Source: Haliotis rufescens (lineage: Eukaryota). Taken from it: 64,000 nt of DNA. Below the pieces are notes generated by a model, which ran no database searches, had not been told where the DNA came from, and worked only from the letters and a program-made list of their open reading frames with translations. Below are positions 1 to 13,300 of the stretch, piece after piece. Numbering within the stretch: the stretch's first letter is position 1; every line of letters starts with the position of its first letter. The stretch lies in the NCBI RefSeq assembly GCF_023055435.1, contig NW_025963835.1, positions 33,480,001 to 33,544,000 of the forward strand, written 5' to 3'. The position numbers were made by a program, and so were the translations under genes.

Positions 1-139
1 AAATGGGAGTGTGTGCTGCATTCTGATTGGTTCACTGCTTATGAATACTTTTCATGATACTAAGTATCATATTTCAAATTTGAACAATAGGGCGCTGGGC
101 ATAAATTATGTCCTTACTCTGATGGGGTTTATTTTACTT

Positions 140-1110
140 TGCATTCCTTCATTATGTTGACCAAGACTTATGACCCTTCATAATGTCGACAAAGAGTTAT
201 GTCCCTTCATTATGTCCCCAAGAGTTATGTGCCTTCATTATGTGGACTAAGTGTATGTCCCTTCATTGTGTCAATCAAGAGTTATGTCCCTTCATTTTTG
301 CCCCCAAAGAGTTATGTCCCTTCATTATGTCGACTAGGAGTTATGTAGTTATGTCCCCTTATTATGATGACGAGTAGTTATGTCCCTTCATTATGCCCAT
401 CAAGAGTTATGTTTCTTCATATGTCTACCAAGAGTTATGTCCCTTTATTATTTCCTCTAAGAGTTATATCCGTTCACTATGCAACCCCCCTCCCCACGAG
501 TAATATCCCTTCATTATGTGGCTGTGTCCCTTCATTAAGCGCCACAAGAGTTATGTCCCTTCATTATGTCCCCAAGAGTTATGTTCATTATGTTGACCAA
601 GAGTTACGTCCCTTCATTATGCCCCCAAGAGTTATGTTCCTTGATTTTGTCTACCAAGAGTTATGTCCCTTCATTACCCCCCCAAGAGTTATGTCCCTTC
701 ATTATGTCCCCAAGATTTATATCCCTCTTTATGATGACCAAGAGTTATGTTCCTTCATTATGTCTACCAAGAGTTATGTCCCTTCATTATGTCTACCAAG
801 AGTTATGTCCCTTCATTATGTCTACCAAGAGTTATGTCCCTTCATTACTTCCTCTAAAAGTTATGTCCCTTCATTATGTCCTCTAAAAGTTATGTCCCTT
901 CATTATGTCCTCTAAAAGTTATGTCCCTTCATTATGTCCTCTAAGAGTTATGTCCCTTCATTATGCCCTCTAAAAGTTATGTCCCTTCATTATGTCCTCT
1001 AAGAGTTATGTCCCTTCATTATGTCCTCTAAGAGTTATGTCCCTTCATTATGCCCCCAAAGAGTTATGTTCCTTCATTGTGTTGACCAAGAGTTATATCC
1101 CTTCATTGAA
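140..1110. repeat. Minisatellite, 28-29-bp unit (AAGAGTTATGTCCCTTCATTATGTC core)
   Basis: Visible tandem array; explains ORFs 183-1230. Confidence 0.95.
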
Positions 1111-1142
1111 TGCCCGAACAGTTATATCCTGTGTATCCATAG

Positions 1143-1310
1143 GTGCGGGTGTATTTGTGACGACCGTAGTTGCTGGGGTCATTGCTGTTGTCTGCCCCTT
1201 CGATGCCATGCAACGCCCCTTCCTCCGTGATGTCATCTTCTACCTGGCTGCTGCTTTCTGGACTTTCTACATTCTGTGGAAGAAAACGATAACAAAGTTT
1301 GAAGCATTAG
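1143..1310 (+). CDS. SLC8B1: SLC8B1 exon (GAGVFVTTVVAG...RPFLRDVIFY...FEALG)
   Basis: ccatag| acceptor, |gtgaaa donor, phase 1-1; NCLX RPFxRDxxFY motif. Confidence 0.93.
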
Positions 1311-4300
1311 GTGAAAATGTCATATTTGCCTCCATTGCAGTCATGATGATTTTTTGAATAAATATTTTTAGTTTGTTAGAGACAGGTATATTTTCATCCC
1401 GTCTGCAGAATATCAAATAGTGGCCCTTTAAGAAGCAAATAAAATCCTAAATATTATTTGTGACGAAAGTCTTGAAAGTAATTTTTCAGTAGGCAAGCTA
1501 ACTTGACCAGGTCAGTAAACACCATCTTACCAAAGCTTGCAAAACTGCTGAACAGTATTAACTCATTAAATCCACAGTTATGCATTCAATGTGTCTTCAA
1601 ATCACATAAACAATGGGGTAAGAAAAGGTTCAAGTGGAGGAGGATACGTTTGGCCAACAATAAAAGTCTCACTGTATGACCCAAACCAAACAGCTGCTTC
1701 AGAAGCAAGACATCTCATTATTTTTCACATATCTTTTAAGTGCACATACACTCCAGAATAGAAATTTATCTGATAAACAAATGAAACACAACTTTGTCAC
1801 ATGTTAAAGCTGTAAATGTAAAGACAATTGTCAGCTCCTTTATCAGATGCAAAAAGACTGTTTGTTTGAAACGAGGATGACTGTTGTGTCTTGCAGGCTT
1901 CATAGGCCTGTATGTGTTCTATGTGCTTGTGGTCGTCATCGGCAGATATATATACCAGCGGGAACGGCAGCGACCTGAGGAGCAGACGATCATAGTGGCG
2001 CCACCAAGTGAGAAATGTATCTATTTCTTTGTGAATTCATATGTTGGGCATGTAATTCAGGTTTGGTGGAAGTTTTTGGAAGTTTGGTAATCATGATGAA
2101 CTAATGATTAGAATTTCATGGAAGCTTTAAAAATGCTGCAGTAGTGTATTTTGTTTCAATTCGGAATGTCATGGTGACATAGAATTCAGAATGACGCAGA
2201 TCTTGACAGAGTATCACATGCAGTGAAATATAGCAGCAATGATGACCAATCTCATTAAAATCAAACCTAAGTGAGTGTTACTGCTACACAAAGATTTTTC
2301 GTACAACCAATCAGAACATCACTTACGAGATCGTGAAAGCAAAAATCTGTTTCTAATCATGCAACCTGCAAAAGATTAACACAGGGCATTCCGAACGACG
2401 GGCTGTACAACTGATTCCTTCAAAATTATCATCTATCTCTCGCTTCAACATGATAAACATTTGAAATGGAAGAAACTTTCCATAGCACATAGAAAGTACA
2501 ATCTCAGCCATGTTTTGGACATTTCAGAATGTTCTTTCATTCAGTTTTCAAATTTTGAATCAAAATACTTTTCAAAGTGTAGTCTGGAATGGAAGTTTTG
2601 AAACTAGTGCCATTAAGCTTGAGAAAGATACTTTGTGATTGGCTGATGTCAACTTCCTGTCAGTCATTTCATTGGTCAGTCAAAGTTGGCTAAATGTCAT
2701 TGTGACATCACCTGGAATGGGATGTCCTCAGATCCGTGGGTAGCGATATTTTAATGAGAGTGCAATGATGAAGGTCTCATAGTTAACTTATCATGCTCTT
2801 CTGGTGGTGGTGTTATATCATTACTGTCACATCTTGGTCTCCAATACCGTTCCGTCTACGTAAGGGCTGTCAAACCCTCCATAAGAGCTTTGTCGGGTGA
2901 ACTTTCTAAACAGCCAATTAGTGTCTAAATTATCAGTAAACATTCAATGCAGCATATAACTGATTCTTCTGTGTCTTGAAAATGAACATTTACAGGCAGT
3001 TCTGAATGGAAAATAGACCTACTCCAGTCAAAGTTGGTATGAGATTATTAAACAGTCATACATTACTGGATATTACATTTAAAGACAATCGGTGCATGAA
3101 TAAAAAATCTGTCTATTTAGCTATCACTATATTTCATCAACAACCAGACCTGTTCGTCACGGATGGAACGAACATTCATTGTAACAGCCATCTGCATAAT
3201 GCTACCCCTGCCTCACAGGGCCATATGACACAGTTCAACCAAACAACTGAAGTTGAAAGGGTGCACGGGAATCACGCACGCACGAATATGGTGTTAGCGT
3301 TGGGCGTCTCAACGTGCGTGATTCCCGTGCACCCTTTCGAGATGAGTTGATTGGTATTGTAGTAAACGTCGGTACCTTAAATTACCTTCCAGACTATAAG
3401 TGGCATGGCATATTCAAAAGGGTATACATGTATTACCGAAAAAGGGTTCATTATTTAGATATTCAGGTGTTCAAATGTTTAAAAGTTTCCATTCTGATAT
3501 ATTACTTGATTAGTTCCAGAGTTCATTCATGGAACCCAGAAAGTGCTCCTATTTATATTCTGTACTAGAGGGGTTATCTCCCCTGCTGTCTCCAGGATCC
3601 TGATGAATCCACATGGATTCACAAAGGTGCCACTGGAAATACTGATTTATGCAACAATAAAGAAGTGATTATGTACCTACCTAAAGGGAGGTGGCAGAGT
3701 AGCCTAGTGGTTAAAGCGTATGCTCGTCACAGCAAAGACCTGGGTTCGATTCCCCATATGGGTACAAAGTGTGAAGCACATTTCTGGTGTCCCCTGTCGG
3801 GATATTGCTGGAATATTGCTAAACGTGCCTTAACTCACTCACTCACTGTGAATAAAGCAGTGATGATCTACATGTTATGTAGTATTGGCCATGTGGACGG
3901 TGGTGCTGCAACTTGACAGTGGGTTTGAATCACCACATTGCTTGACATCTGTAGCCTTACATGTTGTGCTGTCCTCTACGGTGTTGCTCAAAATATCAAT
4001 CATTGGTTTGTCTGGTCCAGACTTGATCATTTACACTCATAAAGCTGGAATATTGTGTGCAGTTAAACAACAAACAAACAAACTCTCCTCCACCCTAAGT
4101 CAACACAGTTGATACTGTTCAAGGCAAAATCTAAAAAAGCCCTTCATCATTAAGCAGACTTTGGAATAGCTAGGTGTTCAAAGCAGTGTAACACCCCCAC
4201 ACTGATCCCGCTTGATGTAGACTTGTGCTAGTCTACATTTTACTGCTTTCAATCAAATTAGCTATATTGTAGGGCCAGTCATTTATTTCACAATGAAAAA

Positions 4301-7300
4301 AAAAAAAATTTACATGGGACTGAAAAATCATTTCCTAGCATTAAATGTTTTTTGTTTTCAAAGATTTTCAAATCGTTTTTGGTAAAGTATCTGTTGATCA
4401 TCTGATGTGTTGGATAGGTGACTGGTCCGTTCACTGCTTTTACTAACTGTTAGCAGATACAGGGGACCTGGGAGATTCAGAGGACGGTCCCCTCCGTTCT
4501 GCATTGTCTGACAATGGAGCAGGTAGGGAATACTCACACTGAAATTCTTTTTCTTCTCAGGGGGCACATAGTATATGGGCTATCTAAGGAAAAGCATCAT
4601 TTTGGTAACAATCTTGGCAAGAATGTTTAATACAGCACTGGTTAACAAAAGATAATGTTGCCATGTTCTCCACGAACTTTTGTGACAGCCATCTTGGATT
4701 TCAAAATGGCTACCATTACTCCTCAGCTATTGGTCTTGTTTCTAAATATCTCTGTCCGCTCACTCGTCTACGATGCTGCAATCTACTGTGCAGAGTTGCA
4801 TCCCTTAGACATGACAGAAACCTAAGATTGTGGGTTCGAATCCTGGATCACCCTGATCATGTTCCCAGACTGTCAGCGCCATTCCGTTGCTCGTGGGTTT
4901 AACCACAGTGTTAAATATCCGAGACTTGCATGATTTGAGTTGTCTCCTTACATGAAACTGACATGTGGTAAAATTGGAATACTTTTCAGTGGCTTTAAAC
5001 TCACTCACTCTCTACTTTCTCCATATTTGCTTGTGACTTGCCATTGCAAGGAGATTGGCTGGCCAATTAGGCGGGCCTGAGGATGGTCTACACTTGAATG
5101 GCGTACCAGCCAAGAAGATCTGCTCCCATCCGTAGCCTGTAAACTTTGACCTGTGACCTGGCTGGTTTAGTGTGGTAGCGCACCCTGTGAATCAATGCTT
5201 ACACAGATGGTTTGCCTGCACCAGAGTCAAACGCAGGCACAGCCTGCTCTTGTAGTGATAACAGATTGTTCCCAACTGCAAGAAGACATAATGCGCCAAC
5301 TCATATCTTCAGCATTTATGTTGTGAAATATTACCAGAAACTAAATATTTTTCCAAGGCAAGGGCGTTAACTGACTATACAAGTCCAGTTTCAACCCTCG
5401 CCAAACTAGGCTGGAATTATGGAGTGATATTTTAGCTGGACTAATGAGTCTATGCATAGTCCAATCAAAAGCATGTAATGAAAGCAAACATCCGGTTTGT
5501 GAACTGCCGTGCAGTTTTGTTAAGCATGTGTACTGGCATCATGGGGTCAACAGATATTTCCAATAAATCTTTTCATTTTCTTAATCAAGGTGTTCACATG
5601 ATTGGCTGCACTTCGCGAAGTATGACCCGTTTTTCACAATATAGATTTTGATTATCATCTTGACTTGGCATCGCCATTCTGTTTGAAGCAAATGCAAGTG
5701 ATATGAGAGTTGGAATCTGATTGGTCAGTAGGAGGGACATAGAAGGGACATAACTCATAATAGCCACAGAGGGTGCTACGATCGGGTAAAGAAATTGCAG
5801 CCTAGTTCGTCAAGGATGGAAACTGGACTCTTACAGTCAGTTAACTCCCTTGCCTCAGGAAGATGCAAAAAGGTTACTGGCAGTAGGTTAGCCTAGTGGT
5901 TAAAGTGTTTGCTCATCATGCTCAAGGCCTGGGTTTGATTCCCCACTTTGGATAAAATGTGTGAAGCCAAAGCACTATATAAAACCCTTCTCATTCATTT
6001 ATTATGAGGGGCGGTCGGGTAGCCCAGTGGTTAAAGCGTTCGCTCGACACGCCGAAGACCCGGGTTCGATTCCCGACATGGGTACAATGTGTGAAGCCCA
6101 TTTCTGGTGTCCCCCGTCGTGATATTGCTGGAATATTGCTAAAAGCGGCGTAAAACCATACTCACTCACTCACTCATTTATTATGTGAAATGTCACTTGA
6201 TTCTTGTAGTTATGGAACCGTTTTATCATATTATATTGTGTTAACTATAAATATAATGTATACTCTTGTAACTGAAGTGTGTTTATTACGGCATGATTAA
6301 GATCAGGATGTTGGCATTGCTGGATGATCCGAGTCGTGGAGAGGTATAACATCTGGCAGACCATGTTCTGTGTGCTTTAACTAACATTTCCCATGTATGT
6401 TGTCTGTGACAAGATGGCACCAACTCGTCTCCGAATCCCTATAACATTCAGGAAGAACTGTTGCAAGCCACCGTTTCCATAGACACCAGAGGTACATCCA
6501 TCTCACTTTCAGCCTCATCCATCCTGCTTCCGTCTGTCCGTCCGTCCATCTGTTTGTCCGTCCGTCTACACACTTTAGGGGTGAAACAATACATCAGTGC
6601 ACAGGTGCATCGTAAGTTTTCATGTGACAATACCATAAATGATACGTTTTTCTCTGTATCGATACAAGACGTCACTTGCTGAAATAAATTACTTACTACT
6701 TGTTTAATGACCCTCGCGTTTTTGTCAGCCAGATATCACAAAATGTGTTGTAATTAGCATTTTAAGTTCACGACAGTAAACTACGGTTTTAACAAAATCA
6801 AAGGGACCACTAATTTTATTTCATAATAACCGTAGTTCGTTATAAGACTAAAAAGTAAGTTTGTTATATCGGTTAGTTCGTTATAAGCGTGTTTGTTATA
6901 AATGTAGTTTACTGTACTAAAATACCCTTTAAGAACATTTGTCTACAGCTAGCTTTTCCTTTTGAACTTGCTCTGAAATATTAATTGTCAAGAAGTTACC
7001 ATGCGATTTGACATAAATATGCGTGTTGTGATACGTATCGTATCACGACCTTGCTGTATCGTTTCACCCTTGATACACATGCAGAGATAGAGCCAGTGGA
7101 CTTTAGCCAATGTTTTCTGTCTGTTTCCAAAAGCCATGTTGGATTTGTTTGTTTTCAACATGAAATGAACCACGTAAATCCTCAAACAGGTGAATTTTAA
7201 GTGAGAGAATTTATGGATGTCAGCTGTGTTGTTATGAAGAAGGTTGTGTTCCTCATAATAACGATGTTGACATCCATAAATTATCTCTTGTGTGTATCAC

Positions 7301-10300
7301 TTCTAAATGCCAGTAAAAAAGGTGACAATTACAGGGTTTTTTTGACAATCACAAAATTATTCTCTGTTGTACAAGCATGTGCCCACCGGTCGCCCCTTTG
7401 CATAATCTCAGACTCATCCCCCATTGATCTGAGATTTTAATACCGGTATTTCTTTCGCTGCCTTTTCACAGTCGGGTAAAAAATCATTGTATGCGTTTAT
7501 AATGCCAACCCCTGTCTACACCGCTGTATAAATTTTTTAAAGTGTGTGCTATACACACAAAAATATGTTTTTTGTTTCACTCCGTGTTGCATGAAGATGG
7601 AAGAAGGTTGTAGTCTCGAAATGTAAAATTATTACATTCTGATTTCAAAGAAATAAATTTGTGATTTAGAAGTTGACAATGATAGAGCTCCCTAGACCGT
7701 GGGAAGAAGGGCGACAATGCTTGCTGTGACATGTTACGCATAGGTGTGGAACGACTTCAGTGTCTGTATGTTTGCAATTCCTGAGTGTACATCTAATACA
7801 CTAACATTGACATAACTGTATAATGTAGCATTGCTGTTGTTTGCACCTCCCTGATTGTTGCATTGCTATTCCTTGCACCTCCCTGATATATGCCAATGGT
7901 GACAGTGACTAGGATTGAGGCGTGATCTTAGAAACCCAGGTTTGATTCAACACACAAGTACAATGGGTGAACACCATTCCTAGTTCCCCCTGCTGTCGAG
8001 TTGCTCAATTTGCCAATTCCAGCAGCATGACAATATTTACACACGACAATACTTACACATGACAATATTTACACATGACTACTCACACATGACAATATTT
8101 ACACATGACAATACTCACACATGACAATATTTACACATGACAATGCTCACACATGACAATATTTACACATGACAATACTCACACATGACAATATTTACAC
8201 ATGACAATACTCACACATGACAATATTTACACATGACAATACTCACACATGACTATTTACACATGTCAATACTCACACATGACAATATTTACACATGACA
8301 ATACTCACACATGACAATATTTACACATGACAATACTCACACATGACAATATTTACACATGACAATATTTACACATGGCAATACTTACACATGACAATAC
8401 TCACACATGACAATACTCACACACGACAATACTCACACATGACAATACTTACACATGACAATATTTACACATGACAATATTTACACATGACAATACTCAC
8501 ACATGACAATATTTACACATGACAATACTCACACATGACAATATTTACACATGACAATATTTACACATGACAATACTCACACATGACAATACTCACACAA
8601 GACAATATTTACACATGACAATACTCACACATGACAATACTCACACATGACAAGATTTACATATGACAATACTCACACATGACAATACTTACACGTGACA
8701 ATATTTACACATGACAATACTCACACATGACAATATTTACACATAACAATACTCACACATGACAATATTTACACATGACAATACTCACACATGACAATAT
8801 TTACACATGACAATACTCACACATGACTGTAATCTCTCATGACAAGGGGCAGTTGGGTAGCCTAGTGGTTAAAGCGTTTGCTCGTCACGTCGAAGGCCCG
8901 GATTCAATTTCCCACATGGAAGCCCATTTGTGGTGTCCCCCGCTGTGATGTTGCTTGAATATTGCTAAAAGCGGCGTAAAACCATACTCACTCACTCACT
9001 CACTCACTCACATACTCAAACACTCACATACTCAAACATGACAGTGCTCAAACATGACAGTGCTCACACATGACTGTGCTCAAACATGACAGTGCTCAAA
9101 CATGACAGTGCTCAAACATGACAGTGCCCACACATGACAGTGCTCAAACATGACAGTGCTCACACATGACAGTGCTCAAACATGACAGTGCTCATACATG
9201 ACAGTGCTCACACATGACAGTGCTCACACATGACAGTGCTCAAACATGACAGTGCTCACACATGACAGTGCTCAAACATGACAGTGCTCATACATGACAG
9301 TGCTCACACATGACAGTGCTCACACATGACAGTGCTCAAACATGATAGTGCTCACACATGACAGTGCTCACACATGACCATGTGATATATTTGGGCACAG
9401 GTATTGAAGTGAAGTAACCTCAACACTAATTCTTGCTGCAACATGTTGGCATCTTGTAGGCCCCTTGTTACATCCGTCCATCATAAAGAATCCCGTTTTC
9501 CTCATGTCATACTTTGATCATGTTTCGTGCTACATGCTACACAAGGTTTGCATGCTACACAAGGTTTGCAAGGCAGATGAATGATCACCCTATGTTATTT
9601 GGCATTTGGATTTTTTCTTTTCAATAACTTTTACTTAAGTTCTGTATTCAATTAATATTTGCTGAATTTGCTGACATTGCTCTTATTTAGAACTCATTTG
9701 AACCATTGGATTCTGTTATATTTGAGTTATTACATAAAGTTTACTGTACACGACTAGAATTAAATAATAAACAATGGAATACTTGAATATTTATATGTCA
9801 AATTCCTTTGTAACTTCTTATTTTGATAACAAAAAAAGCTCTGAAGGAGTATGATACAATTCCTGGCTGCGTCATTCTCCAGCCTCAGCTCTTGAAAGAA
9901 GCCCGCTACTGGAACATGCCCAGGTTGAAAACTACACTCTGCCAAAGAAGAGTTCTTCAGAAGGGGAAGACAACTCTACATTCATGGAATTCCTAGAAGC
10001 TGTAAACCCCATTGATATAGAGAACTGGCCTGACAAGAGATTTTATTCAAAAGGTTATGAAATTTTCAAGGTGAGATAGAATTTTTTTAAGAATTCTCAA
10101 TTCTTACAGGACCCACCATCAGTGTTGAGTTTATGCTGGGCATTGATTTTACTGAAAGTGGAATCTATTGGCAGACATTACTGGTTTGAAAACACTACTT
10201 CCTCCATCTCAGTTGTAGGCGGTTTTATTACCGCTTCTATTTAACCTTACACATAATTTTATTTTGGTGACTGCATGTTAGCCTAGGTCCTGCTCCATCA

Positions 10301-13300
10301 CTTTTGTCCACAATCACAATCTCATCAAAGTCCGATCTTTTCTTCGATACTATAAGGGGCAGTGGGGGTAGCCTAGTTGTTAAAGCACTGCTTGTCACAC
10401 CCAAGACCCGGGTTTGATTCCCCACATGGGTATAATGTGTGAAGCCCATTTCTGGTGTCCCCTGCTGTGATATTGCTAAAATATTGCTAAAAGCAGCGTA
10501 AAACCATATTCACACTCTCAATCCGATACTATACCGCTCTCCTTGAAGACGGGAGTATCCGTCCAAGAGAGGTCGTGTCAGGCCAACCGTAAGTGAAGGA
10601 TGTATGGCTCCTTGAGCCAATCAGACACTAATATACCGTCCGTACTGAACCCTTTTGGGTATGGATGCTATAGTTCTCACAAATGTCAAGATGTATAAAA
10701 TACCCAAGACAATAAACAGCTAATGGCATGGCTTTCTTGTTTTGAATTCGAATCTCCACGATTATGTTTACTCTCTGGGTTAGATTTTGCACATGGGTGC
10801 AATGAGTGGAACCCATTTCTGGTGTCTCTCACAGTGAATATTAAGCTTGAATACTCTAAAAGTTGTAGTGCGCAAGAGCATTGGGCAACAGGATACTATT
10901 ATCTGCACAACTGATTATGGATAGTTGACAGTGAAGAGAACTTTTGTTGAAAATCTCGTGGTTTTTATAGTTTGATGACAGCCAACATGCAGGATTTATG
11001 GCAATGATGTAATAGAAGTAGAATATCTCGCTGGAATTAGTTGTGTTAAACTAACTCATTGAGCGTCATCTGAGTTTGAATTTAAACATCCTGCATTCCC
11101 TAAAAAACCCGGTAGTCCCAATTTTGTACTATAGACTTGTGTCTGTGTTGTGCAGTGCCCAATCCTGCTGTTGCTGAAACTCACCATCCCTGTGGTGGAC
11201 TACGACTGCGGCGACGACAACCACAACTGGAACAGACACCTCAACTCCCTACACTGCCTCACTGGGCCTGTGTTCGGAGTTCTCGCTACTAAAGGTAGAC
11301 ACTCCTTCATCACCACTTGCCCCCCCGTAACCTGCAAGACTTGTTCCCCTATCAATGAATGATATATGCCATATTCGACCAAACAATCAGAATGTGCGTA
11401 TGACTTCAAGTACTTCGGTCAAAGAATCCCTCAGGATTTTTATTTTACACATGTCTTGCATCTAAACATATACCCTAGATACAGTTCAATCATACTGTAT
11501 AAATACAGTAAGTCTCGATGTGTTTCAATAGCATCTGGAATATATTTGACATGTGGGAAATATATGTGAATTATTACGCAACGAGTTGACAATTCTTTTA
11601 GCTGTGCCCGTTTAAGTGTGTCACCCAGTTACTAAGATGGCAACAAGAGGGACATGAGTTGCTATTTGGCTTGTCCCAGAACAACATGATTTGGTCGTGT
11701 GCACAGGTGTCAAGTCTGCTTGTAAAACTCATAATTACTGTATCCGTCGTAGTAAGCGTTTTCGGCACTTAAGAAATTCACAAGAAGCTTATTAAAACCA
11801 TACACAAGTTAAACTTGTCTGATTGAGCTGTAGGTGACATATGTTGATTAAGCTTAAAATAAAATTGATAATAGTGTCAGCCAATTATATATACTGCCTA
11901 CACTAGTTTAACTACACTGAATAGTATTATTTCTGTAAAAAGATCTGTGACATACCGTATTTTCTTGAGTATAGTGCACACTTTTTTCCCCAAAAACACA
12001 GCTGTGTAGAAGGGGGTGCGCACTATACGTGAACTAATGAGTTTTGATGTTTTTTTCCCTATGAAAAGATATTACCGTGAGCACGTAACACCGGAAATAC
12101 CATGTCAACAAATCCATACTGAAGTACGCAAATTAATCATGTAATTACACTGTCTGGCTATAAAAAGTGTTCTTTGTATATCTGGACCTATATATGTAAC
12201 TTATTTCATTAATTTTATTCAAAATTCCTTTTGATATTGTTTTAATTAATTTCGGCGAAATCGTGTGTGAAGATCGCACAACTCAGCGTTATTAACAGCA
12301 ACCATGGTCAGATATCCGCTATTGACGCCTTGAAACGAACATTAGTTGACTGAGAATGGCTACATATATCATAAATGCCATACTTTGACTCGTTAAAAGT
12401 CATATTTGTTATAGTTTGACGATTCTATTCTATCCTGTTAAGCTATATCATTGGGTGTGTCTTGACCGAATCACCGGTAGATTCCAAGAAAACGTGTGTA
12501 CAGCTGATTGCTGTTTCCGGCTTAGTTTACGAGAAAATACACTAGGTAATCTTAATCTCTGGATGTAAAACAATGTCTAGCAGAACAAAAAATTCAATTT
12601 AAACGGTAAAAAAACATGTCTGGTGATTTTTTATCTCAAATTTTGAATTTGTACTGACCAAGTTTCTCATCACCCGTTCGTTTACCGGAATTCGCTGAAG
12701 GGGTAGATCTATGGTGTATTTTTTTTCTGCGCTTGACATTCGATTTTTTTTTCTCCAAAATACTGAATCCGCTAGAGGGGCATGCACATTATACATGGGT
12801 GCGCAATATACTCAAGAAAATACTGTACAGAAGAAAATATAGATTGTCATGTGAATTTTGGGGCTTAGTGTGGGATGCTTATCAAGTGTACATGTCAGAT
12901 TGATGTTGGTCAGGGGTGCTTATTGGAGTGGTGCGCTTAATATGGTGAATACGGTTGCGTATTTAGACTAAAATATAGCCCCTGAAAAGGTGAGAAGACT
13001 TGTAGTATGTCTTTGTCCTGAGATGGGAGTATTGAAATGCATGCATGTGACTGAGACCCCCTACTGGTACACAGGATTCGGGTGGGCTATTTCGAAGGTA
13101 TTCAGGACTCAGTAGTGTGGTACGCAGGACACAAATAAATTTGAAACATTGGAAAAACTTATCAGTTGAAATAATGCAAACTTGAGAATCTACAACGAGT
13201 TCTAATGAAAAACTGTATACCTAAGCAGTATAAAGTTATTGGGGTTTGTGGGGTAGCCTAGTGGATAAAGCGTTTACTCATCACACCGAAGACCCTGGTT

